A stretch of DNA of 63,491 nt, the filler included, from Lenisia limosa (lineage: Eukaryota > Protista > Breviatea), in the NCBI GenBank assembly GCA_001655205.1. It is 16 parts of 16 records of this genome, joined end to end, with 100 filler letters (N's around TTAATTAATTAA, not from the genome) between each part and the next. Parts side by side here need not be neighbours in the genome. Positions count along the whole stretch, not along the records: positions 1 to 29,915 come from LPNZ01008654.1; 15 more parts are not named here. The stretch is one strand, 5' to 3'. The notes beneath the pieces were generated by a model. That model was not told the origin of the DNA. It did no database searches and saw nothing but the letters and a program-made list of their open reading frames with translations. Below are positions 1-12,432 of the stretch, piece by piece; within the stretch, counting starts at the first letter, position 1, and each line of letters starts with the position of its first letter. The position numbers and the translations under genes were made by a program.

Positions 1-390
1 TAACAAGGGACATTACAGACCTTCGTATGGCAGGGAGTAGTAACAAGGGGCATTACAGACCCTTGGTGTGGCAGGGAATAGTACACAAGGGACATTACAG
101 TACCCTTGGTGCTGCAGGGAATAACAAGGGACATTACAGTACCCTTGGTGTGGCAGGCAAGGGACACTACAGTACCATTGATGTGGCAGTAACAAGGGGC
201 ATTACAGACCTTGGTGTGGCAGGGAGTGGTAACAAGGGACATTACAGTACCCTTGGTGTGGCAGGCAAGGGACACTGTTGCAGGGAGTAACAAGGGGGCA
301 GGAAGGGGCATTACAGTACCCATGGTGTGGCAGGCAGTAACAAGGGACATTACAGTAGTACCTTGGTGTTGCAGGGAGTTACATTTCTCC
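1..390. repeat. Imperfect tandem minisatellite, unit ~30-40 bp (TAACAAGGGACATTACAGTACCCTTGGTGTGGCAGGGAG-like)
   Basis: About 10 degenerate copies with internal deletions are visible directly; ORFs here are just translations of the repeat. Confidence 0.9.
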
Positions 391-800
391 TGGTATAGGA
401 AGTAGTAACAAGAGAAATTGACTGCACGTTCACAGCATACAACAGGAGCTCGCCCCCTTGAGCAGCATGGAGATCAATATGGAGTTGTGTGACACAAAGT
501 GGGCAAGGCAGAGGCAGTGTGCGTGCTGTGCTCAGGTTGTGCTGAAATTGTTCTGTGCACGTCATGGGCACAGGTGGCACATGGAGGGCACATGGACGAA
601 AAAAAAGCAGATATTTCTGTATTTTTTTATGGGCACAAAAAACATATGCTTTAAATAAATATTTTTCGTAAAAATTGTAATATTGTAATTTTGTGTGATA
701 TTGCTTGTTGTGTCCTGCAACCTACGTTAGTTCTTCATCTATTGACGACTGCACTTTTGCTGCCGCCTCTTCGACAATCTGAAACAAGATCTTACCTTCT

Positions 801-3800
801 ATGGATGTGCCTTTCCGAAAGATATGCTGCATAGGGGCTGGGTAGGAGGGAGGGGATTTTGGCTATCAATAGAAATATATGGTTTAATGAGAAAATAGAT
901 GAAGAGCTTGAGAGGATGTTTGTGGCATCTTGTGTTGTTCTTTTTTGTGCTGTAAACATTGTTTTGTACCGTGATTTCAGAAATGTAACACATATAATTA
1001 TCTAGATATGTTGGAGGCTGTACCATGTCAGTGATAGCCAAGGTATGGAGCGAAATTAACGTGGTTGTTACCGATATTAACGCTGATTTGATTGAAAAGT
1101 GGAACAAAGGTGCACCCTTTTTCGAAGAGGTTTGTTGGACTTAATCGCAGAATGCGTATATCCTATGTATTATATTGAATGCAAAAAGGAAGAATTCCGC
1201 AATTCTATTGACAAATTTATTCAACTGTTTGTACTCTAGTGATGTTTTTTTTGACAAGGTAGGGTCTTAAAGAAATGGTATTAACATGCCCTAATCTAAG
1301 CTTCACTACCAATGTTCAAGACGCCATTTCAAATGTGAGGTTATTGGATCTTGGGCTTTTTTGCCCTTTTGATTTAGTTAGAAATGTGTTTCATCCCAAG
1401 TTTAATTTTCCTCAAATTTCTATTTCTCTTTTTTGACATTCAGGCTGACCTAATTTTCATATCCGTTGGAACCCCTACAAAAACATTTGGGCTTGGTGCG
1501 GGTCTAGCTCCCAATCTTTCAGGTCCAGAAAGTGCTGCAGTAGGAGGTTTGGGACAAGAAATGTGTAATCTTCTCTTTCTGACACTCTATATGAAATGCA
1601 GTTGACACCTTTTTTTAGTTAGGAGGATTTTTATTTCATTAGAGGTCAATAGCGTTGTACTCGAATTGCAATTCCATTGTTGTGGAAAAGTCAACAGTCC
1701 CCGTGCATGCTGCTGAAACTATCGGTCAGCTCACGATCAAAGGGATTTCTTTATTTAGTTTGAATTTTTTTTTTTTTTTCGGTTTTTTTTTTCATATCAT
1801 TCTCTTTTTCTTTGTGACATTAATGACATTATCAGAGCGTATTTTGCAGGCCAACAGCTCTGACTATTCTTTTGATGTTTTGAGTAATCCTGAATTTCTC
1901 TCAGAGGGATCAGCAATCAATGACCTTATGGTAAACTTGGGGGTGTCACATTATTTTTTAGATTGAGAGTTTGAAGTCAGATATAACTTCTTTAGACACC
2001 TGACCGAATTTTGATTGGAGGAAAGTCCTCAGAAGCTATGGGTCGTCTAAAAACCCTGTATTCAAGATGGGTAAGCAACTGTAAGAGTTTACTAGCTGAA
2101 TATTTATCTCGTATATTTTCTAGTTATGTCCTTATTCTGTTAACGATATCATTCATTTTCAAATTTAAGTTTATCAATATTTGCGTTAATGTTATTCTAT
2201 TAGCCTTTGATGTCTGCAATTCTAACTCTCTGGCACCTCCTGAATCTGTGGCATAAGACGGATTTAGGGCCTACCTGGGTTATTATGCAGGGGCTATTGT
2301 CCTTATTCATGAATCTAATCCTTGTAGGTATGCTGGGGAGGTACGCAGAAAGCGGTATGCACAGAGTTGTAAGGCAAGTGATTGGTGAATTAATATTCTC
2401 TTATAAGCGTAATGATGTGGACGGCTTCGGATTTTTTTCTCATTGCGTTATATGTCCTTATTCTTTTAGGTTGACTCGAAAAAAGTCATATTTATGAACC
2501 TTTGGTCGGCTGAACTTTCAAAGCTGGCTGCCAATGCCTTTTTAGCCCAGGTTTGTCATGTTCTATCGCACCCTACTATATTATAATTACATACCTTCAT
2601 TAGCTGACCAAATTTTAGAGAGTGTCCTCTATTAACTCTATAAGTCAGCTTTGTGAGGAAACTGGTGCTGATATTGGAGAAGTTGCCCATGCTATTGGTG
2701 AGTTGGTGAGGAGGAACCACAGAAGGAAAGAAGGGTTATTGGAAATCGTTTCCTCGGAACTTAGAATTAACCCATCTCACAAACTAGGTTTGGACTCGCG
2801 AATCGGCTCCAAGTTTCTCCAATCTTCGGTTGGCTTTGGAGGAAGCTGCTTCGGGAAGGACATCAAAGCACTTGTGTATCTGGCCCGCTCGTTTCATCTT
2901 CATGACGTGGCAAATTATTGGAACCAAGTAGGACACCACGTCCACTTTCCTTATTTGGTGGCTCTCAGAATATGTTTAGCAGAACTTCTCTTAGCCCTCC
3001 CTTAGGTTCTCCTCCTTAATGAGAGCCAAAAGAATCGATTTGTTGACCACATAATCAAGGATCTTTTTGGAACCGCGGTTGGAAAGAAAATCCTCGTTTT
3101 AGGCTACTCGTTTAAGAGCCTCACAGGTTTGCACTCAACCCTTCTATCACTATCATCGTCAGTCCAAAAAATTCGGGTGTTTAAAATACTACCTAATGAC
3201 CCAATGGAATCTCTTTCAGTCCCTCTTATAACATCAATATCCTGAGCCCAGGCGTTAAGGCGTTCGTTTTCTCATTTATCAAGGAAATTCTACTTCACCA
3301 GTATATGCGTGACACCTAAATATCCACTCATATTTATTTCTTAGGAGACTGTCGTGAATCGCCTTCTATAGATGTAGTGACAAGGCTTCTTCAAGAACAA
3401 GCACAAGTTGTTGTATTTGACCCCCAAGGTGAGACGGGACAACTTCTTCTTTATTATTAAGTATTGAGTAACAAACAGCTTCACCTTTCAAGAGCCCTTT
3501 TCTAACTCTAAAATCACCAATTCCCCTTTTCTGTTTTATCTCTTTTTTATTCCTTTTTCATTTTACAATTTCTCATAATCTAGTTCCTGAAGATACTATC
3601 CAAAGTAGCATACCCCCCCCTCTCCACCCCCTCCTCTCAATCTCAACCGAGCCTGAAAAGGCAGCCCAAGGGTGTCATGCTATTGTGATTACTGTTGATT
3701 GGCCCCAATTTAAAGAGTTGGATTATGCGTCAATGTTCGATTCCATGATGAAACCTGCATTTTTGTTTGATGGCAGGTAAGGAGATGTACTTTCAATACT

Positions 3801-3925
3801 GATTTCAACTTTGTTAACTTTCGCAATATAGAGGTGGTTTCCAGAGAAATTGACTTTTCAGGAGGGCGTTAAATCACAACCATCTCAGTCTTCTTGGATT
3901 CCAGGTCAGAGTACTAGGCCAATGA
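801..3925 (+). CDS. UGDH: UDP-glucose 6-dehydrogenase, about 14 exons
   Basis: Spliced translation gives [86 protein letters not shown]; GT-AG introns; ATG at 801, TGA at 3923-3925. Confidence 0.95.
2331..2446 (+). repeat. Family D structured interspersed repeat inside a UGDH intron
   Basis: GCAGAAAGCGGTATGCACAGAGTTGTAAGGCAAGTGATTGGTGAATT...ATAAGCGTAATGATGTGGACGGCTTCGG...TCTCATTGC matches copies at 36777-36910, 41686-41825, 48346-48491. Confidence 0.85.
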
Positions 3926-4094
3926 ATATTAAATGTTGCCACGCTGTGAAAGTAAAAACGATTCTCCTTTGCCAATGAAAGTTGTATGTCAGTTTATCAA
4001 GTCTGTTCTGTTTTCTTGTGACTATGTATATCGGCTTTTAATTTTCATATTGGTGTGTAGTTGAGTATATGGGTTTCCATAAGCAAATAACAAC

Positions 4095-5589
4095 CTACAT
4101 TTTCACTAACAGACATCCTTGCTCTGTTAATAAATCTACCAAGCTTTCTCGGGTGGTTTGAGCAACAGAACAAATTTCGTCCAAATGATGTGAACCGTCA
4201 ACCAGCCTGGTTAACTCAACAAAATTAACTTAGCCGCTTCTTCAGGCAGACCAGAAATAACCTGTTTAGCTTCTGGATCATTTACATTACGATCAGGAGG
4301 GAAGGGATATTCATGAATTCGACGGATGAGGCCAAGAAGTATACAAGCGGCGATCATACGAGGTATATCCAGAGTGGATAATAAGGATTCAGAAACGGTG
4401 CGAAGCACTTCCCCAATTGAATTAGTTGAATTTAGAGACGCCAATAATCGGATTAATGAATAAATATCTGGTTCAGGGGCATCTTTTTTTAGAATTACAG
4501 CCAACCTTCTTTTGTGCTAAGATTCAATAAAGTTTCTTTTAATTCAGGATTTGTATTGAGCTTCAGAAACTTAGGAACAATTTCGTAGTAGTTAGTGACT
4601 TGAAAGCAGTCAATCATATCAACCACATTATGTTGCCTTTGTGGTTAACAATAGCAAAAATAAAAAATAATAAGCTCTTTTTCGACTATATAATAAAAAA
4701 GAAAACAGCAAGACAAAAACATCACCAGAATATCAGACTACAAGGTACCCACACCTACATGAGCATCTTAATTGAAGGGATAACTTCTGAGACTTGCAGA
4801 TTAGCTCGTGTGGCTATAGTTGTTATAGGGGTGAAGCCATCGATAAATGGCCAAATCTATGTCAAAAAACAAATTCACATTTTGCACTTCCACAGGAAAC
4901 CGATCTATTTTTGGGGTGTTTGAACATGTCACCACAGGAGCCTAGAGTGTGATTTTAAAATTACAACAGTCCCCAAGAGTAAAGATGAATTACCCCCGAA
5001 GTACTTCAAAAGCATTGATGTGTGAAACATGTTTCAGAAAAGGAGGTAAGTCAGACTTCAACACTTTATCACCTCAATGATTAAAAAGAAATTACAAAAT
5101 TGTGCCTGAAGTGTATTTTGTTTCAGCGATTCCACAATGGAAGATAAATATATCTCAAGGTCAGCTTGTGACATGTTTTTCACACCATTTGATGTTGTCA
5201 ACATTAAAACAGTAATAGTAACTTCGGCTTCTTCAAGTAAGTCGGCAAGGAGCTTTGCAACATAGGTAAACTTTTCGACATGATTTGATGGCTTTACCAA
5301 GAGAATTGTGTTGAAAATCACGATATTTCTTGCATAAGCCTCACTTGTGATCAACACCGGATGACTTACAACAGTAAAGTCATATGCAGGGCGGGTAAGA
5401 AAATGGAACAAACAAGGAAGCGGATTGACCACATAAATTAGGTTTCGGGATGACAAAGTTTGAAAAAGATGAGAATCTTTCATTTGATAAATAGCTGGTC
5501 AAGATAACAGCATACTCAGGGGGATATTGCGCAGTAATTTTTGGTCCAACAGTGTTGTCAAACTCACAAAAGAGAGCCGCATAAATCAT
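4095..5589 (-). CDS. NPRL2: GATOR1 subunit NPRL2/Npr2, multi-exon
   Basis: N-terminus MIYAALFCEFDNTVGPKITAQYP and IPKPNLCG; C-terminal LIRRIHEYP and DGSHHLDEICSV; TAG at 4095-4097. Confidence 0.85.
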
Positions 5590-6460
5590 CTCAAGAGTTT
5601 AGGCCCTAGATCTGAAAAAAAAGTAAAAATTGGAGGCATTTGGGCATTTGTTCCTTCATTTATCAAAAAGCCCCATAAAACAAAAATTATAATAAAAAAA
5701 TGTTCACTGATTATTCCCCTCATACTTAGCACACTCGAAATAGCAACTCAAAAACTACACACTGGCTCTGTTTTTTTGTTTCTGCAAGGGGTGTAATTCA
5801 CTTCCTCATCCAAAATAAGAGTCCCTCAATTGAATGATAGAGTTCGTGATTGATTGTTGGAGAGGGGTATGTGGTGTGAAGAAAAGGGGTTGTCTGGGTA
5901 TATGGGGGGGGGGGCTGCTCCGTTTTCTTTTNNNNNNNNNNNNNNNNNNNNNNNNNNNNNNNNNNNNNNNNNNNNNNNNNNNNNNNNNNNNNNNNNNNNN
6001 NNNNNNNNNNNNNNNNNNNNNNNNNNGCGCAAGCGTTGAGAAAGCGTTGCAGTCAAGTTCAGTAAAGTAATAATCACCCGGGGGAAAATGCGCGCGTGAA
6101 ATTGGCGTTGGCGCTCTGCATCTGACCCGTGCCTCTTGACTCTTGTGCTTTTGTTCTGTGTTGCAAGACGTATTTTCTCCGTATTTTACTTTATCTTTGC
6201 CTTGTTTTGTGTTTGTTCCTATTGCTCTCGCAAAAAGCAAGGCAACTATTTTGCAAAATATTTGCACGACAAATACATGGTCCAATTTGTACCTCTCATT
6301 TTTACAAAAAAATGTCTGTCTGAATGAAACCAAAGCATCATTTGAGAAACTGAGAAAATATTAAATATTTGTACATGAAATAATCTACAATTTTACCAAC
6401 CAATAAAAGAAGAAGAAAAACATGAATGCAAAATATTAAATACAGCAACAATCATCGTCC

Positions 6461-8099
6461 TCACTGCTCAGCAGGAGGGGCAAACCAGGAAACTACCGAA
6501 GAAACCATTGACGCTACACCACCAAAAGACAACAAACTGGGAGGTCCCTCGATCTCGTTGATCACCCTCTCATTTTCTCTCTCAACTTGTGACTTTGTCT
6601 TTGCGTTGTTCTTGACAACCTTCTTTTTCGGCTTCTTCACCTGCTGGGGCTCTGCGGACTTCTTGGCTGCCTTCTCAGCGGCTTGTTGCTTTTCTACTCT
6701 TTCCTTTTTAGTGATTTGGGGGGGTGCAGCCTTCTTCTTCTGTTCCTGTTCCTTGGGCTAGAATGTAAGTGAAAGAAATGCTGTCAAAGCAAAAACAAGG
6801 TTGTGCGAAAGAAGAAAAAAATACAAGGAGAAAACAGTTGGGCAAGAAGTACTCTGCGATTATTATCCGAAAGTCTCAGTACAGGGCAAACCTGGGGAGC
6901 TCTTCCGGGAACAGTCGTCCATTGTGAGGCCTTTCTTCCCTTCTTCTTCTCTTCCGTCACAGCCTTTTCGGTCTTAGAGATACTAGCCTTCTTCTCAGAC
7001 TTCTTCTCCGTGCTGGCGGGGGTAATTTCCTTTGCCTCAACCTTGGGTTCAACCACAGTTTCAGGGGAAGCAGGCTTGACAACCTTCTTGGGGGCAGGGA
7101 CAATGGGTTCAACGACTTTGGCTGACTTGGCAACCTCTGCGAAAGACTTCTTAGAAAACATTGGAGAAATGTCAGAGCTGACAATAGAGCCAATGATTGG
7201 GAAGTCCTCCTCAAAAGAGTGCTTTTTTGGAATAACTGCATCTTCAACTTCTTCCTTCTCTTCCATCACTTCCTTTTCAACAATCACTTCCTTCTTCTCT
7301 TCATGTACTTCTTTTCCCACACATTCTTCCTTTTTCTCTTCAACTAATGGATGTTCTCTGATAGGGAATTCAACCACTGAGTATTCAGCATCTAAGGTTC
7401 AATAAAAAAAAACCAGAAAGAGAATTTTCCTTACCAGTTGGACAGAAAAGTGCAGAGTACTGATAGATATTCATGGATAAAGCGGGCTAAAAAATGAAAT
7501 AAAAAGGGATAGCAAACACTTTGCTTTTGTTCCTTGGGTGTATTTTGCTTTTGTTTCTTTTGTTCCACTGGCTCAGAATTTTCCTCAACTGGTTTTTTCT
7601 CAGTTTCAGCCGATTTTTGAGGAACTACCTTCTCTGTGGCCTGATTCATATTCTCAACGTCTTCCTTCTGAAAAATATTACATGGTATCACTCCATACCT
7701 GGGTAACTGGGGAGGGTTCTACAGGAGCTGCTGTTGAAGGCTTTGGGGAGGGAGTGTTGACTAATATGTAAATGAATATTATTGATCTTTCCAACAAACC
7801 TTCCTTTGTTTGCGAGCAACCTGACAAGTAGAAGTGTTGTGCGAGGCTGAGAGGCTTGAAAGGTGACCAAATAAAAACCAATCTTACTTTTGACATTATT
7901 ATCTATTCAGAAGCTTCTCAATGTGTATATACAATCTATTACTGCACTAACGGACTCCAGTTTGAAAAAGAGAATAGATAGAAATCTTATTTTTTTTTGT
8001 TTTTTTAAGTGAGCTGGATGGATAACTATTTAATTATTTTATCATTTTTCTCACAGTTTTTTCAGTTTTCTCAGCCCTTTTTGGCCTCTTCCAATCCAT
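6461..8099 (-). CDS. Lys/Glu/Pro/Ala-rich low-complexity hypothetical protein, multi-exon
   Basis: Long open exons (6784-7377 ORF; last exon ends ...SWFAPPAEQ-stop at 6461) with GT-AG boundaries; probable ATG at 8099 (MDWKRPKRAEK); no family recognised. Confidence 0.65.
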
Positions 8100-8214
8100 T
8101 AATTCTTTAATCTTTTTTAATACCACCTTGATGAATGGAAACAGGACTCACTCTCTTAAATAGAACTCATCTCCAACCTGTTCACTCTTAAACACCGCTC
8201 CGATTTTGGTCCAG

Positions 8215-10382
8215 ATGGATTCTGATGATTGTTCGTTTGAGGTTATTGTTTTTTTTGTTTTCACCAGGTTTCTGTCTCCTCACAGCTCTTTATCTACCCC
8301 GCTGTCTTAGATTTTTGGCTTGCAGGGAAGTCTGATGATGAAGCATTTACGTTTCTTTCTGGCCGACCAGAGCTTCAGGTCCCCCATGGTGCTCCACCAG
8401 GTAATTCTTGGTTTTGATGCCTTATGTATCAAACAAAATGGATGAACCTTATCTTGTAGAATTCAGTAACACCGAAAAAGTGTCAGCAACGAGTCTATCA
8501 CGAGAGGTTTTTGTTTTGTTTTTCACTCTTAGGTGTCTGATCAATATCATGCACTTCATTTTATAGCTCCAATTTTACAGCATCCTTATGAAATTGCCAA
8601 TCAAGTTTATTTATTTTTTTTCATTTGAATATTTTGGACACAAATCTCAAGGATATTCCATGGTTTGTTGAAAGATACTTTCAGGTTTGCAGCCTGTTCA
8701 ACGGTTTTTTTTTTTGGTTTTTTTTTGTTATATTGAACTGACAAACCAGTTTGACTCCGCTGTTGCTCGAGGGCTTATTGGAAAGAAGTTGAACGCAAAA
8801 CTAAGAAAAGATCTTGGTAAGAGGTGGAGCCTTTTCTATGTGAGAAAGGATTGTTTTTGAGGTAATGATCACATGCATATATACTCTCATTTGCTCTTCT
8901 GGGTAGGTAGGCTAAGGGAGAGCACTGAAATTATAATATATATCATATACTATATACAGTACATATACATATATCAATATTATATAGTTATATAATACAT
9001 TATATCATAGCGATATTCTATATGATTATATGATATGATATATATTTGTATATTATGCATATCTATGACATAATTTGTGTGTATTTGATTTATTATGTAT
9101 GCCCCTAAATGCCTTCCTCAGTATATATAGATATCGATATGCATAATATATATCATTATATATCATAGCTATATCATATACTATATATACTATATACTGT
9201 ACTATATGATATATAATATTCTACTCTATCCAATTTTATGTGATTTGTTCTCTTGGTTATCTTCTAGCTGGATTGTTTTATTGATTTTTCATTTCCATTT
9301 TTGTTTTCCCTTCTGCTCACGTAATGTTAATATTCAGATGATACTGCACATGAAAGTGGGATCCAACTTGTCTCCTGTCAACGCCAGGTGGGGAGTTTCT
9401 TTGCAAGTCCCAAAAATATGGTGGAACACAGCGAAAATAATGTTTTATTCTAAACCATAACTATTAGAGTTACTGATAACATACTATTATTATTAAAATA
9501 TCGATATACTACAGTTAATGCAACCTTATTTTGGAGGATCTCTTACCAATTGTAGTTCGATAATTTTCAACGGATTTTCAATTACATCTACGAATGTGAA
9601 GGAAAAGAGGAGATACACGAGAGCACTTCTCTCGCAGACAAAATCACAGAACACTTTCGTATTCCCTTCTTGCTGGCTAAGTTGTTTTCGATCCATTAAT
9701 CAGACACTATGCCCACGTCATATTCTTCTGTTATAACAAAATTGATTGCACCAGGAAAAAGCTGGAGTTCATGAATTTTGCTGACCTTTCAACTATTGCT
9801 ACTGTTTTAGTTTATTTCTAATTTAGGTGGTATCAGAAGATTGGGTTGACAAAAACTCGCTAGGTCTGGATTTGGATCCAGTTTTTGTGCATAACTTAAG
9901 GGATTTACGGAGCGCCTTGGACGTTCAAATGTTGGATAAATTGAAAGATGAGATTATCAAGAGGTTAATTGTATTCTATCACAAGTGTTGCGAAGAAGTG
10001 CCCAACTGCAATCTTAGAAAACAAGTTGAAACAGCTCTTGAAAAGTAATCTTAATTCCCTTTATCAGATCTCGTAAAACTTGGTTCCAATCTCGAACAAC
10101 CGAAAGAGTTACGTGACTTTGTTACAGATACTATTGATGATGTTGGTGAATTTGCGAAAGAAAAAATGGTTGGCTTTTATTGCTAACATTGTCGCTGGAA
10201 CTTCATCAGATTCAAGCTCTCTTGGAGACAATCTCCTCTGTATTTAAGACTTCCCCCATCATCCCAACTAATGTCAGGAATCAGGTTTTGCTTTTTGTTT
10301 CATTCAGTATTGTTCTTCGTTTACCAAATTCATCACTGGGATCTTTGAAATTTTAACCTCCATTTATACCAGAATTGAATGA
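8215..10382 (+). CDS. FIBP: Acidic FGF intracellular-binding protein homolog
   Basis: Spliced motifs FDSAVARGLIGKKLNAKLRKDLDD, SCQRQFDNFQRIF, YAHVIFFCYNKIDCTRKKLEFMNFAD, LDLDPVFVHNLRDLR match FIBP; TGA at 10380-10382. Confidence 0.85.
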
Positions 10383-10397
10383 GAAAAACGATAGACA

Positions 10398-12055
10398 CTA
10401 CACCAGGCTCTCAGGAGAGACTGTCAAATCATTGTTGAAGCCAGCACGATTCCTCATAATTTCCACCATGTACCACTGCGTTCTTGGAACTATTTGAGTT
10501 AAAATCGAATTCAAAAATATGAAGAAACAAAAAGGTTGTAAACACTATCATTATAAAGGATATTGAATCATCAGCAGCAATACTTGGTTGCATATTATGT
10601 GCAATTATTACATAAAACAATTGATGGCCATATTAATAACTGATGTGATTACACAATACTACCTCAAAACACCCATTCCTCCTCATCCAAAACTCATCCA
10701 GATATATGTGCCACCACCATCAGCAATACTTGGTAGTAGATAATGTGCAATTATTACATAAAACATGAAGGTGATCCATTCACGTTTTTTTTTTTTTTTT
10801 TCCTAATCGGTGAACCCCCAATTTTTTTTTGTAGGATTNNNNNNNNNNNNNNNNNNNNNNNNNNNNNNNNNNNNNNNNNNNNNNNNNNNNNNAGACATCA
10901 TAAACAACATATAAATCGATTTCAGAAAAATCTGACGGTGGGAACATCCTTAAAATCAGCCCGACATTAGCGTGAAGAAGAACGAAAATTGGGATGCATT
11001 CATTTCCCTTGACCCACCAATACACGTATTTTCCGGGCCGTAGGGCTTTGTCGCGTCAACTCGCATAAGGGTAGCAAAATGAAAATCTGAGATAAAATGG
11101 TGAAACTCAACTCTATTGGCTGAACATTAAAAGTTCTTAGAAGAAAAAAAACCAGACTTATCAGTAATACAGCACCACATTACATCAGCAACACTACGAA
11201 TATATGTGATTCATGTTTATCTCCAGTTACCCTTGATGTGATGTTCAAATTTCATGAGGAGTGGTCTCCAAATTTCCTTCAAGGCCGAGGATTTGTGGAA
11301 ATCTTCATTGAAGACCTGATGGAAGAGAAGTAAAACGAAGAAATTAAAATAAAAAGAGTACAAAGGAACTAATCAAGTTTAAACCTGAACCTCCTCACAA
11401 AGAAAGTAAAAAACAAAATTTGATAAAAAAAGGTAAAATAAAGAAAAACAAAAGGTATCAACTCAATTTACTGAGGAATGGAAACCTGCACAATTTTTCA
11501 ATATCTTCAAAATAAAGATCTTTGAAAACGAATGTTATAAAATAAGTGGGGGGGGGGGGNNNNNNNNNNNNNNNNNNNNNNNNNNNNNNNNNNNNNNNNN
11601 NNNNNNNNNNNNNNNNNNNNNNNNNNNNNNNNCTGTTGATATGTTGCATTTCTTTTCACTCTCCTCCTTCTCCCTTACCTTCACGTCCACACTTTTGAAG
11701 TTCTCTTGGAACGCAGCAAGCAAAACATCATCCATTCTGGTGGGTCAGCAAGAAAACTAGAAATGAGAAACAATAACAAAAAAAAACAGGCTGCATTTAA
11801 TAATAAAGTTTAATAAGAGTAGATAAACAGACTTACGGAGTCATAACGAGCTTCTCGCACTTCTGGGTTTTATAGAGGAGTTTGTAATGGCTTTCAGCAA
11901 ATTGTGATGCAGCATGCGCCCAACTCAGTTCAACATCCTCAGCTACATGGTGACAACACAGCTTTTATCAAACCGTTAGTATAGTTCTTTCCTTGTTCTT
12001 CTGCAAGTTTGGCTTCTTCACGAGAGAGGGGAGAGGCGGCATTGATTCTGCTCAT
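10398..12055 (-). CDS. PBDC1: Polysaccharide biosynthesis domain-containing protein 1 (YPL225W-like)
   Basis: EDVELSWAHAASQFAESHYKLL, KEIWRPLLMKFE, DFHFATLMRVDATKPYGPENT, VPRTQWYMVEIMRNRAGFN; ATG at 12055, TAG at 10398-10400. Confidence 0.85.
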
Positions 12056-12432
12056 TCTTTGGGTCGGAGAAAAGTGCTTATTCTTCTCAATAAATCTTCA
12101 CTAAACTGCTAATTTATCTTTTAGCCACTCACTCACACTCAATATATTCACTGAAGAGGCCTCCAAATGGATTTTTTTCATTTTTAGGTCGGAGTCGGAG
12201 TAACGAACCCCCAGAATAAGGAAATATAAGTCTGTGCTTTTTGCCTTCTTTCTTTTCATCAGCTCTCCAGGCCCTCTATGTCCATGCATAACAACACAAA
12301 AACACCAACCAAAAAACACATCACCAACGCCACCTTACCTTTGAGAATATTTGATTTTGTGTGGAATGCAGTCGCTTATTCCACACCTCTAGCTCACAAT
12401 ACTTGTTAGCCGCACAAAAACCAGACTTTAAT

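Noticed and set aside
1-390. CRISPR-like appearance of the repeat (also 16945-17080)
   Set aside because: Units are contiguous with no unique spacers, there are no cas genes, and the context is eukaryotic
1120-1160. Apparent frameshift in UGDH (FFEE then LLDLIAEC in another frame)
   Set aside because: Resolved by an intron 1130-1262 (GAG|GTTTGT...GTAG|GGTCTT), which gives [18 protein letters not shown]. The peptide echo at the intron start has little nucleotide similarity to the exon and is probably chance.
6803-7405. 200-aa plus-strand ORF, and similar ORFs at 6426-6761 and 38845-39090
   Set aside because: Antisense shadows of a Lys/Glu-rich exon or translations of a microsatellite
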